Positions 40,633-53,167 of a stretch of 64,000 bases of DNA are shown in pieces. The stretch is taken from positions 111,662,001 to 111,726,000 of the forward strand of contig NC_043003.1 of the NCBI RefSeq assembly GCF_006345805.1, given 5' to 3'. Each line of letters opens with the position of its first letter. The stretch's first letter is position 1. The notes under the pieces were generated by a model, which was not told the DNA's origin, searched no databases, and was given only the letters and a program-made list of their open reading frames with translations. Source of the stretch: Octopus sinensis. Lineage: Eukaryota. Position numbers and translations under genes: made by a program.

Positions 40633-40721
40633 TGTTGAACTCGTTGAAGACACAGTGCATAGACAGCATGGAGCACCTACCTAGTGTGTACAATCATCTT
40701 TGCATATATACACAAATATGG
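40633..40721 (+). CDS. Candidate host-gene exon (89 bp)
   Basis: TTTCACCTTGCAG|...|GTAGTT (weak donor); open frame LNSLKTQCIDSMEHLPSVYNHLCIYTQIW. Confidence 0.3.
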
Positions 40722-41229
40722 GTAGTTATATACTTGGCAATGGAACCATGTATAAACTCATGCGACTCTATCTTCCTTCGAGCTTGTACCCTCGTAAATA
40801 TATTCAGCATGTTTTGTCTCAATGCGATTTAAAATATGGATTTGATTATCTGCTTAGTATCGTATCTATCTGCCTAACTATTTTATCTATTAATATAGTT
40901 ATCCATTGTTTTACGCAAACGTGGATGTCGTTGTATATGTAATACATATCAGTAATGGTGTTGTTTCTTTATTTGTGTGCTTTATCATCTATTTCTCGTT
41001 CATGTAAATCAAGTTTTCAGACACTAAGGTATAATTTCTGAGGAAGATCGAAGTAGCTTCTTACGAAACTTTACCATCCTTATGGATTTGAATTTCTGCT
41101 GTAACTGATTGCAAGTGAAGGAATATTTTAACAAAGTAACAAACATCCACGAGAAAATCTGATTGCAAGAAACTTTGCAAAAACTCCGTAAAACTTTGCC
41201 ATTAACTCTCTCTCTCTCCCTCTGTCTTA

Positions 41230-41261
<32 letters not shown>

Positions 41262-41403
41262 TTCTCTCTCGTGCTCGAAAATAAAGTACTAGTATGCAGT
41301 AAGATACTTCTTTTTCTCTGCATTACTTGCTTTCTTTACCTTCAAGTTTTCCCTTGGTTTAAACCTGTGGCGGGACGCGTTCTGCCATGCTTTACAACTA
41401 TGC

Positions 41404-41481
<78 letters not shown>

Positions 41482-41512
41482 TATAATATATATATATTAT
41501 ACACACACACAC

Positions 41513-41569
<57 letters not shown>

Positions 41570-41586
41570 TATATCTATATATATTA

Positions 41587-41634
<48 letters not shown>

Positions 41635-41640
41635 CATACA
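41404..41640. repeat. (TA)n-rich microsatellite
   Basis: Direct reading. Confidence 0.95.
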
Positions 41641-42295
41641 TATATATCCCGTAACTGAGACAAAGAAATTCAAATTTCTTAACCAATTAGATTTAGCCTA
41701 TTATTAAAAATAATCGCTCCCTAAAGCCCGATAGATTTAAAACGACTCTTGTAACTAATCTAGTATCTCTTAACAAATGAACTCTTATTACGAAATATTC
41801 TGTGAAATTATATTAATTCGGTGTAGTAACATGTATGTATAATTTCGTTATGCCGAAAAGAGAAAAAATTTTCATATAGATATTGGTGTATAATTGTACG
41901 TATGTATATATATGCATGTTGCTTCTATTTGTTGCCCACACGCTTGGGCTTATGTTGATGCAGAAGAATAATATTGTAATAATCCTGGTCTAACTGTATT
42001 TTATATGTATACATTGACTGAGATTTTAAAACTTATAAGATTACATCTCTCGTGACTATGTGTTTATATGGTATCGTAGTATACGGTATATTGGAATCTA
42101 CTATAATATGTATTGTGAAGTGAAGATTACACTGAATCTAATAATATTATTATTAACAATAATGATAATTATAATAATGATGACAACAACAACAACAACA
42201 GCAATACAATAATAATAATATATAATAATAATATATAATAATAATAATAATATTAATATTAATAATAATAATAATAATAATATAATACTATAATG

Positions 42296-42329
<34 letters not shown>

Positions 42330-42331
<2 letters not shown>

Positions 42332-42890
42332 CGCCCTGATGCAGTACCAGGCAGTGGCTCTCATGGCTTCTGATCTTAACTGATTGCAAATGTTATCATG
42401 TACATTGTTTTGTCTTGGTATAAAAGATGGGCTACATCAAATATTCTGCTCAATACCACAGATTTGCTTGTCAGTTGTTTGACCTTAACCAGTTGAGCAT
42501 GTCCCTTAGTGGCTGACGATATGTGCATCTCTGATCACGAGCAGAAATAGTTGGGGAGCATCATAGCCATGTGTTGAGAATGATTCTTTGGGGTTTGAAT
42601 AATTCACCTCGGGAAACATGGGTGGTTTTTTCAACTTACTTAACCCTTATTCAGGGACCGTTTTAGCGGGATGGGCTACTCAACCTGAAGAAAATTCTAA
42701 CTGGGCCCCACCTTCAAGGTCATGTGCTGTTTATCTTGATATGAGATCACCATGTCGCGCACATATGGTTGTGATGCATGTGCTTGGTGTACCCTTATCA
42801 GACAGGTAGTCATGATGGGTATTCTGGGCTTCGCATATTTTACCCCAGTGTCACTTTGATGGCATGAACTGCTCTCTCATTCAATAATAA
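42330..42890. mobile_element. ~560-bp GC-richer interspersed repeat embedded in (AAT)n
   Basis: Sharp composition change, (AAT)n on both flanks, no ORF; class not determined. Confidence 0.55.
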
Positions 42891-43467
42891 TAATAATAAT
42901 AATTATGTGTATTCATAAATATGGATGTATTTTGTTCCAGTGTATATGTATATATAGGTATATGATTAATTGTCTATATGCCTGTACGTATGTTTATTTG
43001 TGTCTATTTATGTATTTATGTACATGTATAGGTGTATATATTTTGCTTATGTATACATATGTGTATGGATATACATTTATATTTATATATATATTGAATT
43101 GTACGTGCATCCTGTTTCATGTATGTATTTATATTTTGAAAGTATTTTATAATCACTGACGAGGCCTATGGATATATGTAAGTTCCCCATTTTTAACTAC
43201 CGACAACCTCAATATTATAATGACAAGTATAGGCACAAAAGTTACCTTTTTTCCATAGGCTGAAAGAGCTGTAAGTGACTTTAATGATTAAAAAATGTAT
43301 ATTAATGGTTTTTTTTTTGTAATAACTACTTGTATTCTTATCTTAAATGTATTGAAATGTATACTGTATATATGTATATTATGATTGTAGCTTTGTCATT
43401 TAAATAAGACAGCCTCCTAATATCCTAAAGCTGATAAACCAACTAATGTGTTTCTCCATTTTCTTAT

Positions 43468-43554
<87 letters not shown>

Positions 43555-43564
43555 ATATATATAT

Positions 43565-43690
43565 ACGACGGACGTTAAGGCTTTGGTCGCCCCGAGTTAT
43601 AGAAGAAGATAATTGCCCAGTTGCAACGCAGTGAAACAGAACCCAGCCATGTAGTTGAGAAGCAAGTTTCCTACCACACAATCCCGCATG
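43565..43690 (-). mobile_element. Diverged SINE 5' head fragment
   Basis: GGCTTTGGTCG.CCCGAG.TATAG.AGAAGA...TTGCCCA...ACGCAGTG...GAACCCAGCCATGT...CTTACCACACA-like; related copy at 53755-53900. Confidence 0.6.
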
Positions 43691-44507
43691 CAAGGTCAGC
43701 ACCTCGGTTGAGGTCAGACATTGATTGAATTATCATACAATTTGAAATTATTCAGTATCTGAAAATCAGACAGTAATATTTACACTGTGGAATATAATAT
43801 ATGCAAAGTAAATAACATGCGTGTGAGGCAAATAATTTAATGTTAGTTTCAAATATTGGCACAAGACCACCAGTATTTGTGTATAATAATAACTCAACTA
43901 ATCATACACTGTCCACCTTTTGTTTTCTATACCAGCCACGGACTGTTTGAAGCTTACAAACTTATTTTTAAATTGTTATTTTTCATTTTTTTACATTCAT
44001 TTCAAGTCGCATTAATGTTTATATAAGATTAAATACATATTATTAACCAGTTCCCCATGAAGACGAATATCATACAACAAGTACCAAAATGTATTCGAAC
44101 AGAAATCAGTAAAACAGAGATTGATAAACCAGGTGCCTTTTGACAAATCCCCTCATGAGATACATCTGCTGCTTCGATGCAGAAGTGTTCTAAGATATCT
44201 CACTGCGTGGCAACGATGCTCGATGGATCGTAGCAATTGATTAAGAATTTTATGAATTCAATTGCCTTACTCTCAAATATTTTAGAGACTTTACGGACAC
44301 GATAAAATTCCTGAAGTAAATCCAGTGTCAGATACATTCATACTGTTGACGGCATCAGATAGCCAAATATTGCGTACTGGCTTTAGATGGAATACTACAA
44401 GTTGTACACCCAAATTTGAATTTATTGATTATATATATATATGTGTGTGTGTGTGAATGCGTATGAACGCTTACATACATATATATTTACTCGTTCGCAC
44501 GTATTCA

Positions 44508-44547
<40 letters not shown>

Positions 44548-44927
44548 ATAATAAATATTAGGGAATGAATCCAAAATTACGGGAGAAAATCAGATTTAGG
44601 GTTAAATCCAATTTTATAGTAAAATATTATATAATATAGTTCGAGACAAAACCACTATTTTAAAACCAAACAAGAAAAGACTTAATCAATACATAAAATT
44701 TTAATATAAATTAAATAAACCGCCACAACAATTGTTTCATGTCTGCTACCGACAATCTTCAGGTGGATTTTCGATCTTCTAATCAGTATCAAATTTTGAA
44801 GATTGTCGGTAGCAGACATGAAACAATTGTTGTGGCGGTTATTTAATTTATATTAAAATTTTATGTATTGATTAAGTCTTTTCTTGTTTGGTTTTAAAAT
44901 AGTGGTTTTGCTTCGAATTATATTATA
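44548..44927. mobile_element. Fold-back HHR element (arms 44630-44761 / 44797-44927 plus 82-bp left extension) in (TA)n
   Basis: Near-perfect ~131-bp arms, TA tracts both sides; same family as 22952-23200. Confidence 0.92.
44723..44766 (-). ncRNA. Minimal type I hammerhead ribozyme
   Basis: CCAC-CTGAAGA-T-TGTC-GGTAGCA-GACA-T-GAAAC-AATT-GTT^GTGG; stem III/loop is the perfect palindrome AACAATTGTT; GUU triplet. Confidence 0.78.
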
Positions 44928-44948
44928 TTATATATATATATATATATC

Positions 44949-45186
44949 AAAGAGGAAAATGATCCCATCAACTTTAAACGGAGTCTGGATAGATTCCTTC
45001 AAGGAATACCAGATAAGCCACCCATAATTGGATACAACTCACCCAACAAAAACTCACTACTTGAATGGACCCTAAACAAAACTTGACTTAAACAGGATTG
45101 AGATAATCCTATCAGGTGGTGCTATTAAGTTAGACATGACCTGGGCCAATCTTTGGTCGAAACATATCTAAGTTTTGTCTAAGTTT

Positions 45187-45190
<4 letters not shown>
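44949..45190 (+). mobile_element. 3' end of a non-LTR retrotransposon (CR1/L2-like) bounded by (TA)n
   Basis: KEENDPINFKRSLDRFLQGIPDKPPIIGYNSPNKNSLLEWTLNKT* (FKxxLDxFLxxIPDxP...NSL C-terminal motif) plus short 3' UTR ending (CTAAGTTTT)x2. Confidence 0.7.
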
Positions 45191-45230
<40 letters not shown>

Positions 45231-45936
45231 CCTATTTGGAATCGGTTTCTATGGTATATAATATTTTCTTTTGATGTTGCTAAGCTTCCACCAATATTTT
45301 TGTCTATTTTTCGGGAAGAAGAAACGCAGTGAGTGGTCTTCCTTGATCCTGCAAACTGGAAAACATAGACGAAATATGAATGAAGTGAGAGTTATTGATT
45401 TGAGTTATTGGTAGTTATTTTGTTTATGCACCCTTAAAGAAAGGAATACAAGCTGACCTTTGCGACATTTGAAGTGGTGCAATCTACCAATTCGCTGAAA
45501 AGGTGATGAAATTTTAAATTCAATATATGCCGTTTAAATATCGACTTCTAAATAAAGTAAGCAAATTTTCACAGATTTAGGAATTATAATATATATGTGA
45601 AAATAATGCTTTAACAAAAGCATCAGTGAGAAAAAAAAAATTAATACTGTTTTATCAGACACTTGTTACTTATTCATTTTATAAAATGATTAATGGCTTG
45701 TAAGAATAAATGTTGATTTTATGAATGCAAAGTAGCAATAAATTTGATATTTCTACATGGAAATGGAAAACAATAAAGATACGCAGTAATATTCATCCCT
45801 ACTCCCAAGAAAGTGGAGTGCAAATGGATTACTTAGCTGAATTTTCTTAGATTCATCCTTGCTTTGCGCTCTCTCAACACACATGCACACAAATATATAT
45901 GTATATATATATATATTTATATATATATATATATAT

Positions 45937-47432
45937 AGCAATTAAGGACAACTACTTAATAAGGAAAACTTAACAAGAAATTGTCAGGTAGATAGCGTAA
46001 AAACCTCATAAGAGAAAAAATTTCGAAAATAATTATTCTTATTGAACATATTAATTTATATATAGAGGGCATTATACATGCCAGGAGGCATTCTACATAC
46101 ACGCATACGCTAAGAGGGACAATCAGTCATTTCTACCAAAAATATTACTAATCCCACCGAATGCAATTTTTCAAGAAAGACATTTAAAAATATATAGACC
46201 TGTATCACAGTGATTTCATACTTACGTAATCATCAGCAGGCCTGAATATACCATAAATAAATAAACAACGACCCCGCTTCGCTTAAGCCGATCAGCTAAC
46301 TGATCAACATCAACGAAGCACATGGTTGAATTTATATATACTATATCCGGATGAATGGCAAACTTTTACGAATTGCATTTCGGGAGAGGAAAAGTTTTTT
46401 CGGAATAAAAATTTAGCAATTAAGGACAACTACTTAATAAGGAAAACTTAACAAGAAATTGTCAGGTAGATAGCGTAAAAACCTCATAAGAGAAAAAATT
46501 TCGAAAATAATTATTTCTTATTGAACATATTAATTTATATATAGAGGGCATTATACATACATGCCAGGAGGCATTCTACATACACGCCATACGCTAAGAG
46601 GGACAATCAGTCATTTCTACCAAAAATATTACTAATCCCACCGAATGCAATTTTTCAAAGAAAGACATTTAAAAATATATAGACCTGTATCACAGTGATT
46701 TCATACTTACGTAATCATCAGCAGGCCTGAATATACCATAAATAAATAAACAACGACCCCGCTTCGCTTAAGCCGATCAGCTAACTGATCAACATCAACG
46801 AAGCACATGGTTGAATTTATATATACTATATCCGGATGAATGGCAAACTTTTACGAATTGCATTTCGGGAGAGGAAAAGTTTTTTCGGAATAAAAATTTA
46901 GCAATTAAGGACAACTACTTAATAAGGAAAACTTAACAAGAAATGTCAGTAGATAGCGTAAAAACCTCATAAGAGAAAAAATTTCGAAAATAATTATTTC
47001 TTATTGAACATATTAATTTATATATAGAGGGCATTATACATACATGCCAGGAGGCATTCTACATACACGCCATACGCTAAGAGGACAATCAGTCATTTCT
47101 ACCAAAAATATTACTAATCCACCGAATGCAATTTTTCAAAGAAAGACATTTAAAAATATATAGACCTGTATCACAGTGATTTCATACTTACGTAATCATC
47201 AGCAGGCTGAATATACCATAAAAAATAAACAACGACCCCGCTTCGCTTAAGCCGATCAGCTAACTGATCAACATCAACGAAGCACATGGTTGAATTTATA
47301 TATACTATATCCGGATGAATGGCAAACTTTTACGAATTGCATTTCGGGAGAGGAAAAGTTTTTTCGGAATAAAAATTTAGCAATTAAGGACAACTACTTA
47401 ATAAGGAAAACTTAACAAGAAATTGTCAGGTA
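45937..47432 (-). repeat. Tandem array, ~480-bp unit x3.1, one hammerhead ribozyme per unit
   Basis: Unit starts 45937, 46415, 46900, 47379 (truncated); HHRs at 46196-46243, 46681-46728, 47162-47208; left end abuts (TA)n. Confidence 0.97.
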
Positions 47433-47437
47433 TGTAT

Positions 47438-48124
47438 ATGGTATATTCAGGCCTGCTGATGATTACGTAAGTATGAAATCACTGTGATACAGGTCTATAT
47501 ATTTTTAAATGTCTTTCTTTGAAAAATTGCATTCGGTGGGATTAGTAATATTTTTGGTAGAAATGACTGATTGTCCCTCTTAGCGTATGGCGTGTATGTA
47601 GTAGAATGCCTCCTGGCATGTATGTATATGCCTCTCTATATAAATTAATATGTTCAATAAGAAATAATTATTTTCGAAATTTTTCTCTTATGAGGTTTTT
47701 ACGCTATCTACCTGACAATTTCTTGTTAAGTTTTCCTTATTAAGTAGTTGTCCTTAATTGCTAAATTTTTATTCCGAAAAAACTTTCCTCTCCCGAAATG
47801 CAATTCGTAAAAGTTTGCCATTCATCCGGATATAGTATATATAAATTCAACCATGTGCTTCGTTGATGTTGATCAGTTAGCTGATCGGCTTAAGCGAAGC
47901 GGGGTCGTTGTTTATTATTTATGGTATATTCAGGCCTGCTGATGATTACGTAAGTATGAAATCACTGTGATACAGGTCTATATATTTTTAAATGTCTTTC
48001 TTTGAAAATTGCATTCGGTGGGATTAGTAATATTTTTGGTAGAAATGACTGATTGTCCCTCTTAGCGTATGGCGTGTATGTAGAATGCCTCTGGCATGTA
48101 TGTATAATGCCCTCTATATATAAA
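47438..48124 (+). repeat. Inverted ~1.4-unit copy of array 2, ending in (TA)n
   Basis: Reverse complement of the array unit; carries two plus-strand HHRs. Confidence 0.95.
47449..47496 (+). ncRNA. Type I hammerhead ribozyme (second plus-strand copy 47932-47979)
   Basis: AGGCCTG-CTGATGA-T-TAC-GTAA-GTA-T-GAAAT-CACTGTG-ATA^CAGGTCT: 7-bp stem I, stem III ATCAC/GTGAT, AUA triplet. Confidence 0.85.
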
Positions 48125-48139
48125 ATATATATATATATA

Positions 48140-48187
<48 letters not shown>

Positions 48188-48985
48188 TGTACGTATGTAT
48201 GTAGGAATGTATGTATGCACCCACAGTAGAAGGATTGAGGGTTTTTTAGATGTGGAAGAAAAGGATAAAAATATCCCTAAATATTTTTAAATTCTTAAAC
48301 TGTATATAGTTCCTATATAGTTCCTAGCAGAAGCTAGTAACTGTACAAATAAGCAGCAATCTATATTAGTTAATGATGCTTTAAAAGGTTAATGATCCTT
48401 TAAAAGGAATTAATTATTTTGGGAGCAAATGTGGAGTATGTGTACGTATAGCAACTTAGATCTTAAATCTGTAGTAAATTGTATGTTTAGAATATTAGAT
48501 ATTATTTTTAATAATGTATAGCTTAAACAATGGCGACGGATTCTTGTCTAATTGTTGTTATAAGGGTATACTGATATTAGTAAGGGAAATTGAAAGAAAT
48601 GTTTAGTTTTATTATTAATACTTCGTTTGTAATATTTGCGGGTAGGGTGTTTGATCAGGTTAGGGGAATTCTAACAGGTGGCAATTGTAGCACTCTGTTG
48701 GCGGACACTTACCTCCCTTCATGCAAGTTCTTTTTCTTAAAGACCTATGTGCGGGGATAAGGGTTGGTTCACTTAAAAAAAACTTAATGGATTCTGCAGG
48801 TACATGGATGGTATATTTATACCTAATTATAGTTTCTTTGAATTTTTACTCAGAAGAATATACCCCGATGATCTCATAGCCACTAGAAATGGTAACAATA
48901 TAGGGAATGTTGAAATATAACGTGTCTTGGATGGCACAATAATGTAGAGTGGACTATAAAAACTGTTATAATTTACTTATAGTCT

Positions 48986-49027
48986 GAAATAATATTTCGG
49001 AATGTAAAAATTCCTTCTTCAGATGTT
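48986..49027 (-). ncRNA. Degenerate minimal hammerhead downstream of the PLE RT remnant
   Basis: AACAT-CTGAAGA-A-GGAAT-TTTTAC-ATTCC-GAAAT-ATT^ATTTC; perfect 5-bp stem II, palindromic AATATT, stem I partly decayed. Confidence 0.5.
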
Positions 49028-49309
49028 GCTAGGGATTGATCGAATCCCTGCTATAATCAGTTTTCCAATGGTTACTGAATTTTTTGTGGGAAGCGTCTCT
49101 GCAGTGGTCTCACGAAGCCCTTTCCGAGACGTGTGTTTTGGAATATCCGCAGGGCTGCTTCTACGTTATGTATTATACGTTCATTTTCTTTTTCATTTAA
49201 TTATACATGAGCATGTTACAAAAAGTGAACTTACACGAATACAGATGTAACTAAATAATATATTGATTGTTAATGTCCAGCATGTTCTTAATTTGGGGCC
49301 CTTATAATT

Positions 49310-49880
49310 TGGGGCCCTAGGTGTCTTATAAGAGAGGGACCAGAGTGGGCTAGTTGTATGTATAATCCTTCTCTTTTTATGGCTCTTCGGATGGCTGTAG
49401 TTATCCTCTCGCTAAAATGGGCTATTTTAAGGAATCATGTGTTGCTGGAATTGCGGTGTTTTCGGCGTGTTTGTCGTCTTTGGTACTTAAGCCAATTTAC
49501 AATTTACAGTTGGTTTTCAGTACCTCTAGAAAGTATGTGGTATGGGTCATCTTGTCCTCTGTCCAGCTGCACTTGCTCTCGATGCGTGTAAATTCATTTC
49601 TGACGTATGCTATTTTGGCACCGAGTGGAAGGGCTGAATTGTAGTGAACGAGCATATTTCTATTGGCTGGTTTCATGTAGAATTCGGTGTGGATCTCTCC
49701 TTCTTTCGTCATTTTCAGTTGAAAATCGAGCAGTCCTATAGAAGGACGACGTTACTGTCTTTTAACGCCAGGAAAGCAAATTTCCCTGTTGGCTATCGGA
49801 ACACCTTTTGCGCCCATAAAGTATATGCAAGGGAGATCATTGCTCTCATCTCTAGCCTTACGGGATACTCACCGACCTAG
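49310..49880 (-). mobile_element. PLE reverse transcriptase C-terminus/linker remnant
   Basis: EGEIHTEFYMKPANRNMLVHYNSALPLGAKIAYVRNEFTRIESKCS...; then FLKIAHFSERITTAIRRAIKREGLYIQLAHSGPSLIRHL. Confidence 0.85.
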
Positions 49881-49937
49881 GTTTCTGGGTGGTTACTCGT
49901 CCTCTGTGTAAGCTATCCACCGGTGAGTGATGGATAC

Positions 49938-50203
49938 TCTCTCCATTTGCAAATACTATAAATTTTTTAAGCGACACATAGTTGCTGATCTCAAAAAGAG
50001 AAAAAGAAAACTTGTTTTAAATATCTGAGCGATAGACATGAGGTAACATCGCCCTTATAACCGGAGTGCCACATTATGGTGGCAATTATACTTTACTATT
50101 CAGTATTGTTACCGAATAAGATTTCAAACAAGTTGGTTTTCTCTTTACGAGATCAGCGATTGTGTGTCACTTAAAAATATGTAGTATTTGCATATGGAGA
50201 GAG
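49938..50203. repeat. Imperfect inverted repeat (~85-bp arms, ~90-bp spacer) upstream of the PLE remnant
   Basis: CTCTCTCCAT.TGCAAATACTA...GCTGATCTC...AACTTGTTT vs its reverse complement at 50118-50203. Confidence 0.75.
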
Positions 50204-50826
50204 CCTTCCTCATTCGGCAGACGGTAAACATTCAGAAACTTAGGTCTGTGGGTATCACGTAAAACTGAAGATGGGAGAGATGGTCTCCCTTGCAAACACT
50301 ATACGGGCGGAAAATGTCTGCCGATAGCCAACTGGAAAAGATGCTTTCCTGGGGCAAAAAAATAAAGTAACATCGTTTTTATATAAGGACTTCCACATTA
50401 TGTTGGCAAATAAACTTAAACTTTACTATTCATGAGTGTTACTGCATATCTTACATTCAGACATTTAAAACATGTTGTTTTTCTATATATATATAATATA
50501 TATATACATATATGTATGCATGTATGTATGTATGTATGTATGTATGTATGTATGTATGTATGTATGTATGTATGTATGTATGACTCGATCTAGGGGAGTG
50601 TTGTAATCCATTACCTTAAATTCTAATAATCAATTGCTATCTTTCTTTGTCATCCACGGATGGTTTGATGCAAAGTTCACGTTTGCAATAATCAAACTGA
50701 CGTAAACAATTTCAAGCTGTTATACAGAAGAAGGATCAAATAATTATGTCTGTCTACGATTAAAGAATATATAGAATGATGCATGTTTTTTATGCAGTCT
50801 AGAAATAAAGGTATCCAAAGAATATG

Positions 50827-50884
50827 CGAATCTGCCTCAGTTACTCGATATCAAAAATGATATCGAGTAACCGAGACAAATTCG
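50827..50884. repeat. Hairpin, 27-bp arms, 4-nt loop
   Basis: CGAATCTGCCTCAGTTACTCGATATCA-AAAA-TGATATCGAGTAACCGAGACAAATTCG (3 mismatches). Confidence 0.85.
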
Positions 50885-51136
50885 ATATGAAATATGCGTA
50901 AACGAATGGGTTCATAGGGATTCCGTAAATATACACATTTTTGTATTTATATGTACCTAACAAACCTGCGAGAATTATGCATACGCAAATATTGAGATTG
51001 CTTCGTCTTCCTTCGAATACGGTGGCATCGATAGCAAGTCATTAAGTAGATTAGTTCAGATTTTACAGCGATAGAACTCTAGTCAAATCACATTACATTT
51101 ATACCAAAATCCAAACAGTTGTAAAGCTTTTAATTT

Positions 51137-51145
51137 AATGATTTA

Positions 51146-51213
<68 letters not shown>

Positions 51214-51308
51214 TACTACTACTACAACTACTACTACTACTAAAATCGATACTACTACTGCTGCTGCTGCTACTACTATTACTACTACTACTAATATGAC
51301 TACTAGTT

Positions 51309-51339
<31 letters not shown>

Positions 51340-51372
51340 CTACCTCTATTACTACTATAATTATTATTATTA
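51137..51372. repeat. (CTA)n microsatellite
   Basis: Direct reading. Confidence 0.95.
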
Positions 51373-51952
51373 CCCTAATTCAAATCGTATGAAAGATCAA
51401 CCTACGCTATCAACCAGTTCTAAGTCGTTCATTTTACAGTGATGTCACAATAACCTAACGGGGATATAAGAACGTTTAAAAACGTCAGTGTTAGTTAAGG
51501 AGCAATATGTTATTAATTTACTGAATCATATAAATGTCAATATTATCCATATCACTAGTAACGTATGAATATATAATGTTTTAACTTCAGAAAGCTGGTC
51601 TCTTTCAACTCTCTCACCCACTCATTCACTCTCTATTCCTCAAGCCATTTTATACACAGCTACCAACGCAATATAACATCTTTGGAGCATTAAACATACT
51701 ATCTTGCATCTCAAGTTATTCAACGCACTTTCGTCTGATTGACACCCGATAAACATCATATGTTTCAGACAAAATGCATAAAATGTATTAACACACTTTG
51801 ATAATAGACATGTGTAGATATAAAAATACATGTATATAGATGTATAGACATACATACATACACACATACACACACACACAAACACATATTATACACGCAC
51901 GCACAACACACAGATAGATAAAAAGACATTTAGATTGATACAACTGTACATA

Positions 51953-52336
51953 TGGAAGCACTCCGTCGGTTACGACGACGAGGGTTCCGGTTGATCCGAA
52001 TCAACGGAACAGCCTGCTCGTGAAATTAACGTGTAAGTGGCTGAGCACTCTACAGACACGTGTACCCTTAACGTAGTTCTCGGGGATATTCAGCGTGACG
52101 CAGAGAGTGACAAGGCCGGCCCTTTGAAATACTGGTACAACAGAAACAGGAAGTAAGAGTGAGAGAAAGTTGTGGTGAAAGAGTACAGCAGGGATCACCA
52201 CCATCCCCTGCCGGAGCCTCGTTGAGCTTTAGGTGTTTTCGCTCAATAAACACCCACAACGCCCGGTCTGGGAATCGAAACCGTGATCCTACGACCGCGA
52301 GTCCGCTGCTCTAACCACTGGGCCATTGCGCCTCCA
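51953..52336 (-). mobile_element. Full-length tRNA-derived SINE (OR-type head), tail type C
   Basis: Minus strand GGAGGCGCAATGGCCCAGTGGTTAGAGCAGCGGACTCGCGGTCGTAGGATCACGGTTTCGATTCCC... to ...GACGGAGTGCTTCCA. Confidence 0.92.
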
Positions 52337-52959
52337 CATATGTATATAGATGTATAGACATACATACATACATACACACACACACATGCACACACATAGT
52401 ATACACGCACGCACAACACACAGATAGATAAACAGACACTTAGATTCATACACGTGTACATATACAAATATGTGTATATATAGAAAACAGAGAATACACA
52501 GAATATTCACGTTTTTAATCAGTGTGTATAGGGACAACTGAATTTTCAGAAGTGGAAAGTACTGACCAACCGTGAACGTTAGTGCATAAGGACACGAACG
52601 ATAACCAGAATCATTAATCGATACTAGCATAAAACCGGTACACGCCAGGATTATAATATCCCCAGAAACAAAAAAGATATTTTCAAAGAAATTTTTGGCA
52701 AACAAGCCTCAGTGTATGTGTGTGTGAGTGTGTGTGTTTGCGTGTGTATGTGTGCGTAAATTAAGAGGAAGTTATGAATTGATCAGACTACGAACGTTTC
52801 ATAGCAAAAGCGATGCTTGTTATATAAGCTGTAATACACATAGTTCCAATTTAACTAATCTTCAGGCCTTACTAACCCTATAATTTCTGTATACTGTCGC
52901 CTGAAGATGAACACATTGTTTTTCAGATCTATATGTAAGAGATGACGAATTATGTGCAT

Positions 52960-53100
52960 TATTTACATTATTTACATTTGACGGATATTTTTCTCATATT
53001 GTTTGTTGTGGCCACAATGTTTCAGTTGATATACCCTCCAGCATCCGTAGGTGTCTTGGGGAAATGTCGAACATGGTTCTCATTCCTAAGGTATTTTTCG
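52960..53100 (-). mobile_element. Decayed copy of the 31.1-kb HHR-bearing repeat next to (TTA)n
   Basis: TTTACATTTGACGGA...GATATACCCTCCAGC...GGTTCTCATTCCTAAGGTATTTTTCGAT; HHR core destroyed. Confidence 0.75.
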
Positions 53101-53101
53101 A

Positions 53102-53167
<66 letters not shown>

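Noticed and set aside
41030-41085. CTGAGGA...CGAAAC hammerhead-like core
   Set aside because: No stem I adjacent to the core and no valid NUH context.
43160-43200. CTGACGAGGCC motif
   Set aside because: No downstream GAAA or closing stem.
52895-52935. CTGAAGA-TGAA...TTCA motif
   Set aside because: Followed by GATC, not GAAA; no cleavage triplet.
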